From a virus (Duplodnaviria > Caudoviricetes), in IMG/VR virus record IMGVR_UViG_3300011008_000071, positions 1-64,000 of that record: a DNA stretch of 64,000 nt; one strand, 5' to 3'. Of the stretch, positions 31,278-41,281 are shown piece by piece. Each line of letters opens with the position of its first letter. Positions within the stretch are counted from its first letter, which is position 1. A program made the position numbers and the translations under genes. The notes under the pieces were generated by a model, which was not told the origin of the DNA, did not search any database, and saw only the letters and a program-made list of their open reading frames with translations.

Positions 31278-32134
31278 CTAACGATCTATGACAATTATCT
31301 TTTCAGATTTAGTGCCGAAATGACTCTTATTCCTGATATCATCTACAATGTAATCTTTGTATTTCGTCGTTTCATCAACGACGAATACATATCGTTTACA
31401 TTTAAAATGATCCAAGCATATATCAATCCAATCATCACATGTCCTCCTGTCTACTGGAGATCCTGTCCACTGTTCCTTATCCCCGTAAGGAGGACATGTG
31501 AACAGACACTGATATTCCCCTGTACTAGATAATGCATCCTGTTTGATGACTGTAGCATCACACTGTATCCCTACGCTGTGTAAGAATTCGATCATGTTAT
31601 TGGACTCTCTCACATGTATCTCATTGATGTCCTGGCCAATGTATCGTTTATCCAGTGATATTGTGCCCAACATCCTGCCACTGAACCCGCTGAATGGATC
31701 GAACACCGTGTCAAATTCAGACAGATACCGAGCTATTATCATCTTTGCCCGTCCTGCACTAAACACAGATACCTTTGGTGCTATTTTGGATACATTGAAA
31801 CCCTGAAGGATTCTAGCACCATTGAGATTGATCTGATATATAGTTCTATTGACAATACATTTCATCAGAAGATCATTATTATACCATGCATCATATGGAG
31901 ACGGATTATTTCCAACATGAGAATGATAAATACTTTTATGAAACTGATGTATCAGCCAATCACCATTCCGAGTGTTTAGAGAAATCTTTTCATGATTTTT
32001 GTCATGACAATCCATTTTCTTAAGCAATGAATAACATCTGACAAGTTTATCACTTGAGTATTTTGGAAATGGGAATGGCATCTGGCGGGCACTCGTAAAT
32101 ATATCATGAAGATATTCATCGTAATTTTTAAATA
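31278..32134 (-). CDS. DNA amino-methyltransferase domain (3' part of a frameshifted fusion)
   Basis: FDPFSGFSGR SAM-binding motif and a TCPPY catalytic-type motif. Confidence 0.75.
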
Positions 32135-33045
32135 CCCCCCTTGAGAAGAACTTCAAAGTCTTTGGCAAAGAATCCCTCTCGAATGATATACTGTTTAATT
32201 CCTTCTGGAACAAATAATGACCTACGTTCATCATATTCTTCTTTTGAGAAGAGACCATCGTATTCATTCTTATCCCCATGATACCTGGCTCCATCCAGAT
32301 CTACCAGTGCAATAAGTTCGGTATTGTCATTAAATATGGCAAAATCCCAGTGTTTTGTCATATTCTCAACAGTCACTGGATAATTTCGTTCGAAGTAGTA
32401 CCCGTTTACAAGATGAGAATGATCAAACATGCTTGCAAATCTCTCATCCAGAGAATTGAAATCTTTCTTACCGCTACTTTCATTAGCAATAATTTTGCGA
32501 CTGTGTTCAGCTCGTTTTTCTGGGGTTGCTTTAGCCCAAATATCTATCGAATGTTGACTATGCTTATCTTTGAACTCTTGGCTACTATCTCTCCATCTTC
32601 GTCTTGCAGCTTCCCTTTCTGCCTCAAGCTGTTCAGGAGTCTTGGCAGCATGTCTCCGGCGGTTTGATTCGCTATGAGCCTCGGAAATCCGTTTCCGTTC
32701 CTCATCGGTCTGGTTGGCAAACCATTTTTTCCTTCCGGGATTGACGTTTTCATCAAGCCACTTTGTTCGATCTTCCTTGGTTCCCATTTTTTCCCAATAT
32801 GCGATCTTCTTCTCAGAAACGCTTTTGTAGTGAGCGTTTTTCTGTTCTTCCGTCCGAGCAGCGTTTCTTTCTGTCATCATCTTAGATCTATACTTGGTCA
32901 TACAATCATGACACCTGAATGGACGCTTTTCACGTTTGATTGCATCATATGAACTCCTTGCACATTCATATATGCAACCACAGTCTGCACATTTAACTGT
33001 AACTTTAGGTGATTTCATAAAATCACATCCTTTCTTAATAGTCAT
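32128..33045 (-). CDS. Zn-finger, helical repeats and PD-(D/E)xK/Vsr-like endonuclease domain (5' part of the fusion)
   Basis: CADC..CHDC, basic helical repeats, WDF...VDLDGARYH. Confidence 0.65.
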   Translation of the reverse strand: MTIKKGCDFMKSPKVTVKCADCGCIYECARSSYDAIKREKRPFRCHDCMTKYRSKMMTERNAARTEEQKNAHYKSVSEKKIAYWEKMGTKEDRTKWLDENVNPGRKKWFANQTDEERKRISEAHSESNRRRHAAKTPEQLEAEREAARRRWRDSSQEFKDKHSQHSIDIWAKATPEKRAEHSRKIIANESSGKKDFNSLDERFASMFDHSHLVNGYYFERNYPVTVENMTKHWDFAIFNDNTELIALVDLDGARYHGDKNEYDGLFSKEEYDERRSLFVPEGIKQYIIREGFFAKDFEVLLKGGI

Positions 33046-33107
33046 ATTTATAATATATAATCAAAAAAGAAAATGAAGATCACGGGAGCGTTTGCTCCCG
33101 TGCTCTA

Positions 33108-36100
33108 TTATTTTAACTCAAATTTGATGATTTCAATCATCTCACTGACTGTTGGAGCATTCATATATGAATATCCGAATGTCAGTATGTTGCCCGATGC
33201 AAAGGAGTTCACTGCTTCACCTGTGAAATCGTTCTTTCTGATATTTCCGTTCTTGTCTACTTCTTCATACGTCTGATTCTGTGACAAGTTCGGATACTGC
33301 CCAGATTTGAATTCTTCATTGATGAATGCCGCCTTTGCCAGTAGCGTGGAGCCATCGAGATTGGAGATTATCTTAACAGATGGATAAAACGCTCCCATAT
33401 CAAAGTCGACTGCGTTGATAAATATATTATTCGATTTACTTCCGAAGACATCTTCCCCGACATAGTCATTCATCAATGGGTTCGCATTAATAGCTCCTTT
33501 GAAAGAAGCCTTCTTCTCCACCTCGGCATTTTCATCTTCGTCTTCATCATCTCCGCCATAAAACTTCTTCTCAGTTGGGTCTTCTTCTGGTACCTTTAAT
33601 GTATTCAGATTATTACCCTGAACCCATCCTTCTTCCTCGAAATACTTCTCACGAACATTTCTGAGCAGATGTGTTTCTTTGAAGATTTTATTATATGGAG
33701 TAAGATTTTGATGTGATCTCATCCAGAAAGTTAGTAGGTCGTTTACCTTCCTTTCTATCCCATACTGTAAAAGGCAATCCTTCACATTATAGCATAGAAA
33801 TAACCCAAAATTTTCATACGGGAACCGGATAATATTACCATATTCACTGTAATCAACTTTCTTATCTTTCAGCTCTTTATCGGAAATAGAATTTAGAGAG
33901 AATGACCTTATCTTATGCTGGCTCTTACGTATGGACGCGTACCAATTATCTTCAGTATGATTCGCAACATCATACCCGCTTTATTCAAGCTGCACTGTAT
34001 CTCTACAGTAGTTGAGACTATATCTTATATCATTTCTGATATCTCCCCATTTCCTTTTACGTGTAATCATTCCACTATTACACAACCCATTAGCTTGGTA
34101 AGTACTCTACTGTCTAACCCAGGGTATTTCCCCGTCTGGGTGAAGATGGTCGATAGTCGTTGAAGTTTATTTATGCTTATATCTTATATCATAAATGGCA
34201 TGTATTATTTTATTGATACTAATGCCTGGAAAATGGGTTTGAATTTCTCTTGCTGATAATCCATCGTAATACAGGATACGAATATGATTCTTCTGTTCAT
34301 CCGTCAATGGTGCCTTTAGATGACGATATGATTTTGGGATATTGTATTGAGATGAAATATTGACTCTTTCTTTCCCCATTGAAACACTTTGAACTGTGTG
34401 AAGTTTGACACCAGTCATCTTTGCAATTTCTTTTGTTGGTAGTCCTTGTTCTAATAATGAGCATACGATGTGAATATCAGCATCTGTATATTTAGAAGCA
34501 TGATTATCGTCACCATAATGTTTATGGTGTAATCCAGTCTTATATGCTCTATAAGAATTTTCACTGTATGTTACCCATTCAAGATTTGAGGCATTGTTGT
34601 TCTTTGGATTTCCGTCAACATGATCAATCACAAGACCTTCGTGCCATCCGCCACACCATACTGTTGCCACCATTTTATGAACTTGCACATATGTTGGTTT
34701 ACCTTTCTTGAATCTTAGCCCCAATACATGATATCCATGGGGATTTGTTCCCGGCTTCATTATAACATCACTAATTTCACTATATACTCGCCCGTCTCTG
34801 GATACGAAATACCTAGTTGGAATTTTATTATGGTGAAAATATCTGACAAATGGTACATCACCAATGTAGATTTCACCTTCCAGGATTTCATTCTCACTAA
34901 TTTCATAATCTTCCATTCTTGCCATTAAATCACCTTCTTTCTTTTATTTTTAATTGATATAAGCATAAATTTTACTTGCGGATTGTCTCTATTCACATAC
35001 TTTTTACCATACCTGAGTGATTAGTTCAGCCATCATGCACATCACTGCCATGACTTGGTATATGCGACTTAACAAGAGTTCCCCGACAATTAAAGGAGTT
35101 TATTGAGAGCATATCGTTTACTCTCATCTGGCATAAATATTGTGTGAATGATGTGACATATAATGAGTCATATTGTTTCTCAAGTTGCCACGTTGATTTA
35201 TCAGCTCTGAAATATGCTTTCGGGTTTGGTATCTCTGGGCTACATACGATGGAGGTTGGGTCATATCCCAGTACTTGTATCCTGGCTAGCAGGTATGGAA
35301 TATCGAATCGCATATTCCATATCAGACAGTAGTTTGGTTTCCTTGTATTGATCAGATTGAATACATCCGCAATCAGATCTATCTCCTGATCATATGTCCG
35401 GAGATGATATTCGAACTTACCATACATAGCATCGAATCTGGAGTGGAGATCATCTATGAAAGCCTGTCTATTATTTATTATGGATTCATACTGCTGGAGT
35501 TGGGATTCATATAGTTTGTACCGTTCCTCATACTCGGTTGAATTCCTTCCGCTTCTGGATGGGACGAAGGGCTTTAGTACAAACGTGAATACTTCCATTG
35601 TGTCTTCTAGTATGACTGTAACGCAGTTAACCGGAGCATACGCTGTTTCCGATACATGGCCCATATCAACCCTATTATCGATTATATCAACCTCGATATC
35701 GAGATATGCTTTGGACAGATGGGGTTTGTTCAACGGATACTTGTCATACCATTGCTTCATATAATAGTATTCGGGTTGGAAGTCACACCCATAACAATAT
35801 GGCCAAGCATACAACTGATTCATGATTCTCAGATCATGTCTCTCATAGGATTTGCGAATGATCGACTCGCCCCATTCACCGGCAGCATGACCGATTGCCA
35901 GTCGAATATTGGAATATCTGCAGCGGATCTTGTCCATGTGAGACATTAGCTCTTGTGGTTTGTTATATGTGTAATTCCGGAACTCTTCCTTCACAATCCA
36001 GATGTCGACATCTGCCGCAGCTTCTTCATAATGGACTTGACCGTTATCGTCTGCATACCATACTTGGAAGCATTCTTTCACGCCCTTCTTCCTATCAGGA

Positions 36101-36150
36101 CGAACATAATGGACATTTAACAACGTTGGATGTTTACCCTTAATTGCCAT
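33108..36150 (-). CDS. Family B DNA polymerase, N-terminal subunit (3'-5' exonuclease plus motif A); exons 36150-35120 and 33942-33108 (~621 aa)
   Basis: ExoI DIEVD, ExoII WNMRFDIPY, spliced QMRV|YASIRK, ExoIII YNVKD, motif A DFDMGAFYPS. Confidence 0.88.
33943..35119 (-). mobile_element. Group I intron in the DNA polymerase gene, with HNH endonuclease
   Basis: P1 UGAGAGU/GCUCUCA; caacgactat and aagatatagtc; terminal G at 33943; splicing restores the frame. Confidence 0.88.
34167..34925 (-). CDS. Intron-encoded HNH homing endonuclease
   Basis: VHKMVA...IDHVDGNPKNNNASNLEWVT followed by HTH-like C-terminal domains. Confidence 0.9.
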   Translation of the reverse strand: MARMEDYEISENEILEGEIYIGDVPFVRYFHHNKIPTRYFVSRDGRVYSEISDVIMKPGTNPHGYHVLGLRFKKGKPTYVQVHKMVATVWCGGWHEGLVIDHVDGNPKNNNASNLEWVTYSENSYRAYKTGLHHKHYGDDNHASKYTDADIHIVCSLLEQGLPTKEIAKMTGVKLHTVQSVSMGKERVNISSQYNIPKSYRHLKAPLTDEQKNHIRILYYDGLSAREIQTHFPGISINKIIHAIYDIRYKHK

Positions 36151-36219
36151 TTAATCACTTCTTTCATAAAAGTTAAAGGCCGGAATATTCCGGCCTTTAA
36201 CTCAATTACTGCAGGAAGA

Positions 36220-36522
36220 TTACTCTTCTTCGACGATTGCAACGCCGTACTCGGAAGCAGCCATATGTTCCATCTTACATCCGCGGGAGTTATCCCATCC
36301 CTTGGCAAAGAATGCAACATCTGCTTCAGACAGAAGCTGGAATGCCTTTCCCAGTAAATACAGCGGCTTGAACTCCGATGTCATGTCCTTCATGAAAGAA
36401 TCGATAATCTCGACTTCCTCATTCGGGTACTTCTCAATGACCTTGGCAACCGCATTCTTGCGTGTGTTCTCGATCTCTTCATTTGATTTGCCCTGCATGG
36501 GCTGTGATATGAATATCTTCAT
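36220..36522 (-). CDS. DUF4406/nucleoside deoxyribosyltransferase-like protein
   Basis: MKIFISQPM...GWDNSRGCKMEH. Confidence 0.6.
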   Translation of the reverse strand: MKIFISQPMQGKSNEEIENTRKNAVAKVIEKYPNEEVEIIDSFMKDMTSEFKPLYLLGKAFQLLSEADVAFFAKGWDNSRGCKMEHMAASEYGVAIVEEE

Positions 36523-36537
36523 GATGTTACCTCCTGA

Positions 36538-36813
36538 TTATATGTGCCAATGCTTCTTGTGTTTCTTATGCTTCTTCTTACTGGTTACATAGAAGCTGAA
36601 GCCTGTGAGCTTCTTATTCTTCTTACCCTTGTTCTTATGACTGTGCTTCTTCTTTTTCTTCTTCTTGTCATCGGCAAACTCGACGATACCCATGATGACG
36701 TCATATGCCGCTCTGGGAGTACCGTTCTTCTTGGTGCCGAAGATGTACTTCTGGACACCCTCAGGTGTTGCCAGAACCGACAGATTTTCTGCAAGTATGC
36801 TTTTCTCACTCAT
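36538..36813 (-). CDS. Small Lys/His-rich basic protein
   Basis: Poly-K tracts; AGGAGG RBS. Confidence 0.6.
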   Translation of the reverse strand: MSEKSILAENLSVLATPEGVQKYIFGTKKNGTPRAAYDVIMGIVEFADDKKKKKKKHSHKNKGKKNKKLTGFSFYVTSKKKHKKHKKHWHI

Positions 36814-36830
36814 TGTGAATTCCTCCTGGA

Positions 36831-37712
36831 TTATTTATTTGGGTCTGACCAGCTGTCGATCGGAACCGAGAACAGCTTCTTGGTCATTCGTAATGCCTTC
36901 TTGGTGGTTTTGGATTTCCTCTTGTTGGAAGCATGTTTCCGTACATCTCTTTCCAGAGACTTGAGCTGTTTCTTGCTCACTGTGTATACACGGAGCCAAC
37001 GCTCGGTAAGTTCTTTACGAAGTTCCTTCTTCCATCCTTGCTTACCTGGGATGAAGTCCTTCAGAAACTCTTTGATGATCTTCTCATCCTTGTTGATGTC
37101 TGACTTATCTTGTGCGATAATTACACCGTGTCTGTTGAACTCCTTCTTCGGGGATTTGGAATTCTTGAAAACTCTGGACCTGCCATAGTAATCCTTTTTG
37201 GATTTCTTATCATTGTAATTGCCCATGATATCGACGAATGGGTTGTCCGGTTCTTCTTCATCCTCATCATCCGTTTCACAACCATCAAATTCATCATCCT
37301 CGTCATCATCTGTTAGGCCGTCTAAGAATGACTGGAAATCATCCCCGCGTTCCCATGATATATTCGCCATCTTGGGAACGATGGCTTTTGCAATGATGCT
37401 CTCAACTGCCAAAAAATCATTAACCCAAGACAAATCGTCACAGTCATCATCGTCCAGTATTCCATCCGTGACGAAGTCCAGTGCAGTCCCAGGCAAGTTC
37501 TTCTGGAATAATCCAACCAAAGAAGCAGCCAGCTTCTCCGGTTCGATCTTAGCCAACTCTAATGCTGGGTACAGTACAGAATATCCGTCTTCGACCTTGT
37601 TGGCATTGATCTTCTCTCTTGTTGACAACACCCTGCCATACTTCCTGACACTGAGAGTGGTTGTCATCTTCTCTGTAGGTATTACGTAAATACTTATCGT
37701 CTTACGCTCCAT
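36831..37712 (-). CDS. Hypothetical protein with an acidic middle and basic C-terminus
   Basis: 293-aa ORF. Confidence 0.7.
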   Translation of the reverse strand: MERKTISIYVIPTEKMTTTLSVRKYGRVLSTREKINANKVEDGYSVLYPALELAKIEPEKLAASLVGLFQKNLPGTALDFVTDGILDDDDCDDLSWVNDFLAVESIIAKAIVPKMANISWERGDDFQSFLDGLTDDDEDDEFDGCETDDEDEEEPDNPFVDIMGNYNDKKSKKDYYGRSRVFKNSKSPKKEFNRHGVIIAQDKSDINKDEKIIKEFLKDFIPGKQGWKKELRKELTERWLRVYTVSKKQLKSLERDVRKHASNKRKSKTTKKALRMTKKLFSVPIDSWSDPNK

Positions 37713-37735
37713 GAATTGTTTCCTCCTTATCCGTA

Positions 37736-37972
37736 TTAATCATCATCGAACGACTTAAATACATTCTTGTCTCCCTTTCGTAATTTTTTAACTAACTTCC
37801 TGCTTATGTCCAGTGCCTCCTCTACATTTTTCTTGTCAATACCCTTTGGAATGATCATTACGTCTGTGAACATCGACAGATAATCTTCAATAGCATCTGC
37901 CAGTATGTCCAAATCCTTTTGGTCAATATCCTTCGGGTCTATATAGCCATATTCAAACCCAGCCATACTCAA
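37736..37972 (-). CDS. Hypothetical protein
   Basis: 78-aa ORF downstream of a TATATATTAT motif. Confidence 0.6.
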   Translation of the reverse strand: MSMAGFEYGYIDPKDIDQKDLDILADAIEDYLSMFTDVMIIPKGIDKKNVEEALDISRKLVKKLRKGDKNVFKSFDDD

Positions 37973-38043
37973 CTCCCCTATGTTTAAAATTATTCAATGT
38001 CCTGATATAAATATAATATATACTCATAAGGAGGTCATTGTAA

Positions 38044-39342
38044 ATGATCATTAAATCAATCGATATTGCAGGTGCAACCAATACCCTGCGATATGCAATA
38101 TCTAAAGGTATCCCTATATTCAATAATCAAGCTATAGTAAATCTGATCGAATCTGAGATGTATTTCATGGTAACATATGCTGATGTCACGATGCTTGAAA
38201 CATTTCTCTTCGCTCAGAAGTACCGTGACAATATGTGGATTCTGAAATCAGATCAGCCTGAAATGCCTGATGATGACGAACTCTCGGTGGTATTCACCGG
38301 CGAGGTCATGTCAGACGACAAACAAAGCAAGGTTAAGACATTTGAACTTGCGAAGACTGCGATTGATCAGTTCCTCAGCATCTACAAGCAAATGCTTTCC
38401 GACTTCGACATCATACAGCCTGGTGTTGCAATTGAGTTTGCCCCTATGATATCCAGACGCTATGAGATACGTATTCCCGTTCCCTTCAGCCTCGTTCTTG
38501 GAACATTCCAGGATGAGGATTCGTTCAAAGAATTCTTCAGTATATTGAATACCAATGGTAACAATGAAATCGTTACATCCAGTAAATATTCTGGGCTGAT
38601 GAATACCCTGAGCACGCTGTTTGTCCGCAATACGTCCATTCCTATATATGATAAGGCGTTCGTTGCACTTGTTAATGCGATCAAGTACGGCTCTCTTAAC
38701 AGGGTTCAGTCGGACAAACTGTATCGGTACAAACTGATCGGTGTAAACAAACGTAACCGGGAAAAGAGTGAAGATTATTTCAGCTCAATGTTCAATACTA
38801 CTAAGGACGAGCTTCAGGCTAATGTTAACAATATGACACGGTTTGCAGGAGTCCCTCGCGCGAACTTCGCTGTCGAACTCCCTGTACAGAATATGCTTAA
38901 ACTGCTGAACTCCTTCTCGAGTGAGGAGCTCCCCGTGAACTTCATGTCTTCAATGAAGCAAATGGTAGATATGATTGAATATCTGCTGAATAACATCCAG
39001 AATGGAATTGTGAATCCATCTCTTGATCTCAGTAATCCCGAAGCACCTGCTTTGGTCGAAGTAAAGAATCGGGTGGATGCATATATCACACGGATCAATG
39101 AAGCCACCGGAATCATGCTTACGGCAATTCAGAAGATGATCGAACTTCCCGATCAGAAGTGCGATGTGACTTCAATATTCGCATTGCTGCCATCGATCGT
39201 TCTCACCAGAGCGGTGATTGAGGTAAGTGATGAGAATATTGGGAAACTGATGTATCGTCAGGATGACCCCGTGAACATTGCGATGTTCAATGATATCAGT
39301 CTCATTATCGAAAGTATAGATGATCAGTTCGGTAACAAGTAA
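38044..39342 (+). CDS. Hypothetical protein
   Basis: 432-aa ORF with AGGAGG RBS. Confidence 0.75.
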   Translation: MIIKSIDIAGATNTLRYAISKGIPIFNNQAIVNLIESEMYFMVTYADVTMLETFLFAQKYRDNMWILKSDQPEMPDDDELSVVFTGEVMSDDKQSKVKTFELAKTAIDQFLSIYKQMLSDFDIIQPGVAIEFAPMISRRYEIRIPVPFSLVLGTFQDEDSFKEFFSILNTNGNNEIVTSSKYSGLMNTLSTLFVRNTSIPIYDKAFVALVNAIKYGSLNRVQSDKLYRYKLIGVNKRNREKSEDYFSSMFNTTKDELQANVNNMTRFAGVPRANFAVELPVQNMLKLLNSFSSEELPVNFMSSMKQMVDMIEYLLNNIQNGIVNPSLDLSNPEAPALVEVKNRVDAYITRINEATGIMLTAIQKMIELPDQKCDVTSIFALLPSIVLTRAVIEVSDENIGKLMYRQDDPVNIAMFNDISLIIESIDDQFGNK

Positions 39343-39372
39343 CAACATGATGGAGCCCTACGTAGGGCTCCA

Positions 39373-39972
39373 TCATATTACTAGTCGTCTGAACATGATC
39401 GTTGATATGAACGGGAGAATGATCGAAGCCATACCATATATGAGTTCCTTATTTTCCCGAATAACTTTCTTGAGTTTCCGAATACGTCTTTTGAACCAGC
39501 CTTTGATTGCACCGATAAATCGAGCAAGCCGTGTTCCACGGTCAAGATTGTTCAGGTTAATTCCGGACTGTGCCTGGAGCATCTGCAGTTCTGCATCGAT
39601 ATCCTTCAACTGAACATTGATTGCAACGATTCGTCTGACATCTTTCTTCTTACCAATATCAAGTTCACTGAGTTTCTTCCTCAAACGGTCACGTTTACCG
39701 ATTAGCTGCATCATCTCAATCTGCATTTCTTTGATGTCTTCAGATCTGTTCTTGAGATATTTCTTCTCCTTCTTAACGACCCAATCTTCTGTTACGATGA
39801 CAGGACCGTTTGCTCCTTTGCAGCCCGTAATGAAAGGCATTGGAACCTTCTTGATCCTCTGTGCTGGGATCGGATCGTTCTCATGTTCGTCATCATATTG
39901 TCTGTCTGCTTCCAGAAATATGGATGGGACATGAGATCCTCTCAGATAGAACTCTGGGTGTGAATGTTTCAT
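39373..39972 (-). CDS. Coiled-coil protein with a C-terminal hydrophobic anchor
   Basis: 199 aa. Confidence 0.6.
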   Translation of the reverse strand: MKHSHPEFYLRGSHVPSIFLEADRQYDDEHENDPIPAQRIKKVPMPFITGCKGANGPVIVTEDWVVKKEKKYLKNRSEDIKEMQIEMMQLIGKRDRLRKKLSELDIGKKKDVRRIVAINVQLKDIDAELQMLQAQSGINLNNLDRGTRLARFIGAIKGWFKRRIRKLKKVIRENKELIYGMASIILPFISTIMFRRLVI

Positions 39973-40589
39973 TCTAAATTCCTCCTTGTAATAGTTTCGT
40001 AATTGTAATCAGGCATACCCAGATGCCAATCATATTGTACCGGTTGTGGATTAAACAGATCCCCTTCATTCCACATCTTTATCAGATTTTCCCAAGTACT
40101 AGACCCTTCTGTATAATGGTATAGACAGTTTTTGGACTTAAGTCGATCGATAATTAATACAAATTCCAATCTAGATAATATCTGATGCATCTTCTGATGC
40201 ATAATATATTCATTCGAAATAAGTGAAAGACATATCCCGTTTGCATAATTGATACTATCCAACTGGTTTCTGAATATATTTATATGTGGGATATTTATCT
40301 CTGTACAATTGCCCAGGGAGGCTTCTATACCCAAATTCTCATTAAATAAGATGATTGGATCTCCCGGGCCGGCAACAAACCCTGGATGATATATGTGGCC
40401 AACTTGTAAAGCATCTTCAATTGTATCAAAATGACCATATGCAATACAATCCTCTTCAATCCATCCATCAGAACCTTCCACCAAATATTCCCAGGAGTCA
40501 CCGGCATATCGGAAGTTCCTTACATTCGTAAACCCAAACGGATCATGTAGGAAAACTTCCTCTCCTATAGTAAACTTTGGATTATTCAT
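39969..40589 (-). CDS. Hypothetical protein
   Basis: 206-aa ORF, translationally coupled to its neighbours. Confidence 0.6.
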   Translation of the reverse strand: MNNPKFTIGEEVFLHDPFGFTNVRNFRYAGDSWEYLVEGSDGWIEEDCIAYGHFDTIEDALQVGHIYHPGFVAGPGDPIILFNENLGIEASLGNCTEINIPHINIFRNQLDSINYANGICLSLISNEYIMHQKMHQILSRLEFVLIIDRLKSKNCLYHYTEGSSTWENLIKMWNEGDLFNPQPVQYDWHLGMPDYNYETITRRNLE

Positions 40590-41157
40590 CGGCTAATATT
40601 TCCTCCATTTCCTTAGAGTTAATATTATTACCGAAATAAGTCAGTTCATCAAAGTCATAAGCCGGGATCTTTGTTCCTGGTTTAATTCGATAATTGGTGT
40701 TTAACATATTCCAACCTGACGCAAAATATTTCCACCATGAGAATACTCGGTAGTTCCCATCCCGTTTTGCACATGGCGACTTTATTTTGTTATATCTTAA
40801 TTGGTACACCAATGATTCAAACTGTTTTTTACCAATAACATCTTGGTGTTTCCCGTGATTGAAACAAGTATTATTGACCAATGATAAGCACATCCCTCGA
40901 TTGTACAGATCCCGATACCCTCCAGTATCTTTGTCATATATGTGTATGTGAGGGATAGGTCCTTCATCGCTGAATACATACACATATATGAAATCCTTCT
41001 TGTGTTGATCGATATAAATTTTACCTTCATTATCAGGGATCTTAAATTTATGAGCCTCGAACATAAGGCTCAGATAATTATCTACTGGATAATCAAGAAG
41101 GTCAAAATCATCCGCATAATCATCTTCGGTGAATATTAAATCATCCATATTATGCAT
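40582..41157 (-). CDS. Hypothetical protein with a PHxH motif (DUF4160-like)
   Basis: EGPIPHIHIY. Confidence 0.5.
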   Translation of the reverse strand: MHNMDDLIFTEDDYADDFDLLDYPVDNYLSLMFEAHKFKIPDNEGKIYIDQHKKDFIYVYVFSDEGPIPHIHIYDKDTGGYRDLYNRGMCLSLVNNTCFNHGKHQDVIGKKQFESLVYQLRYNKIKSPCAKRDGNYRVFSWWKYFASGWNMLNTNYRIKPGTKIPAYDFDELTYFGNNINSKEMEEILADE

Positions 41158-41238
41158 TCCTTTCTATAGATTTTTAAAATGTATAAAATCGCTTAATTTG
41201 AGTAATCCTCCTAAATCACTCCATATTAATAATATATA

Positions 41239-41272
41239 TGCATAGAAGCGGGTTTAAACCCGCTTCTATGCA
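41239..41272. terminator. Perfect palindrome after the giant tail gene
   Basis: tgcatagaagcgggtttaaacccgcttctatgca. Confidence 0.7.
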
Positions 41273-41281
41273 ATTGTGTGT

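Noticed and set aside
36544-37689. Plus-strand ORFs of 214 and 156 aa
   Set aside because: Antisense shadows of low-complexity minus-strand genes that have good RBSs.
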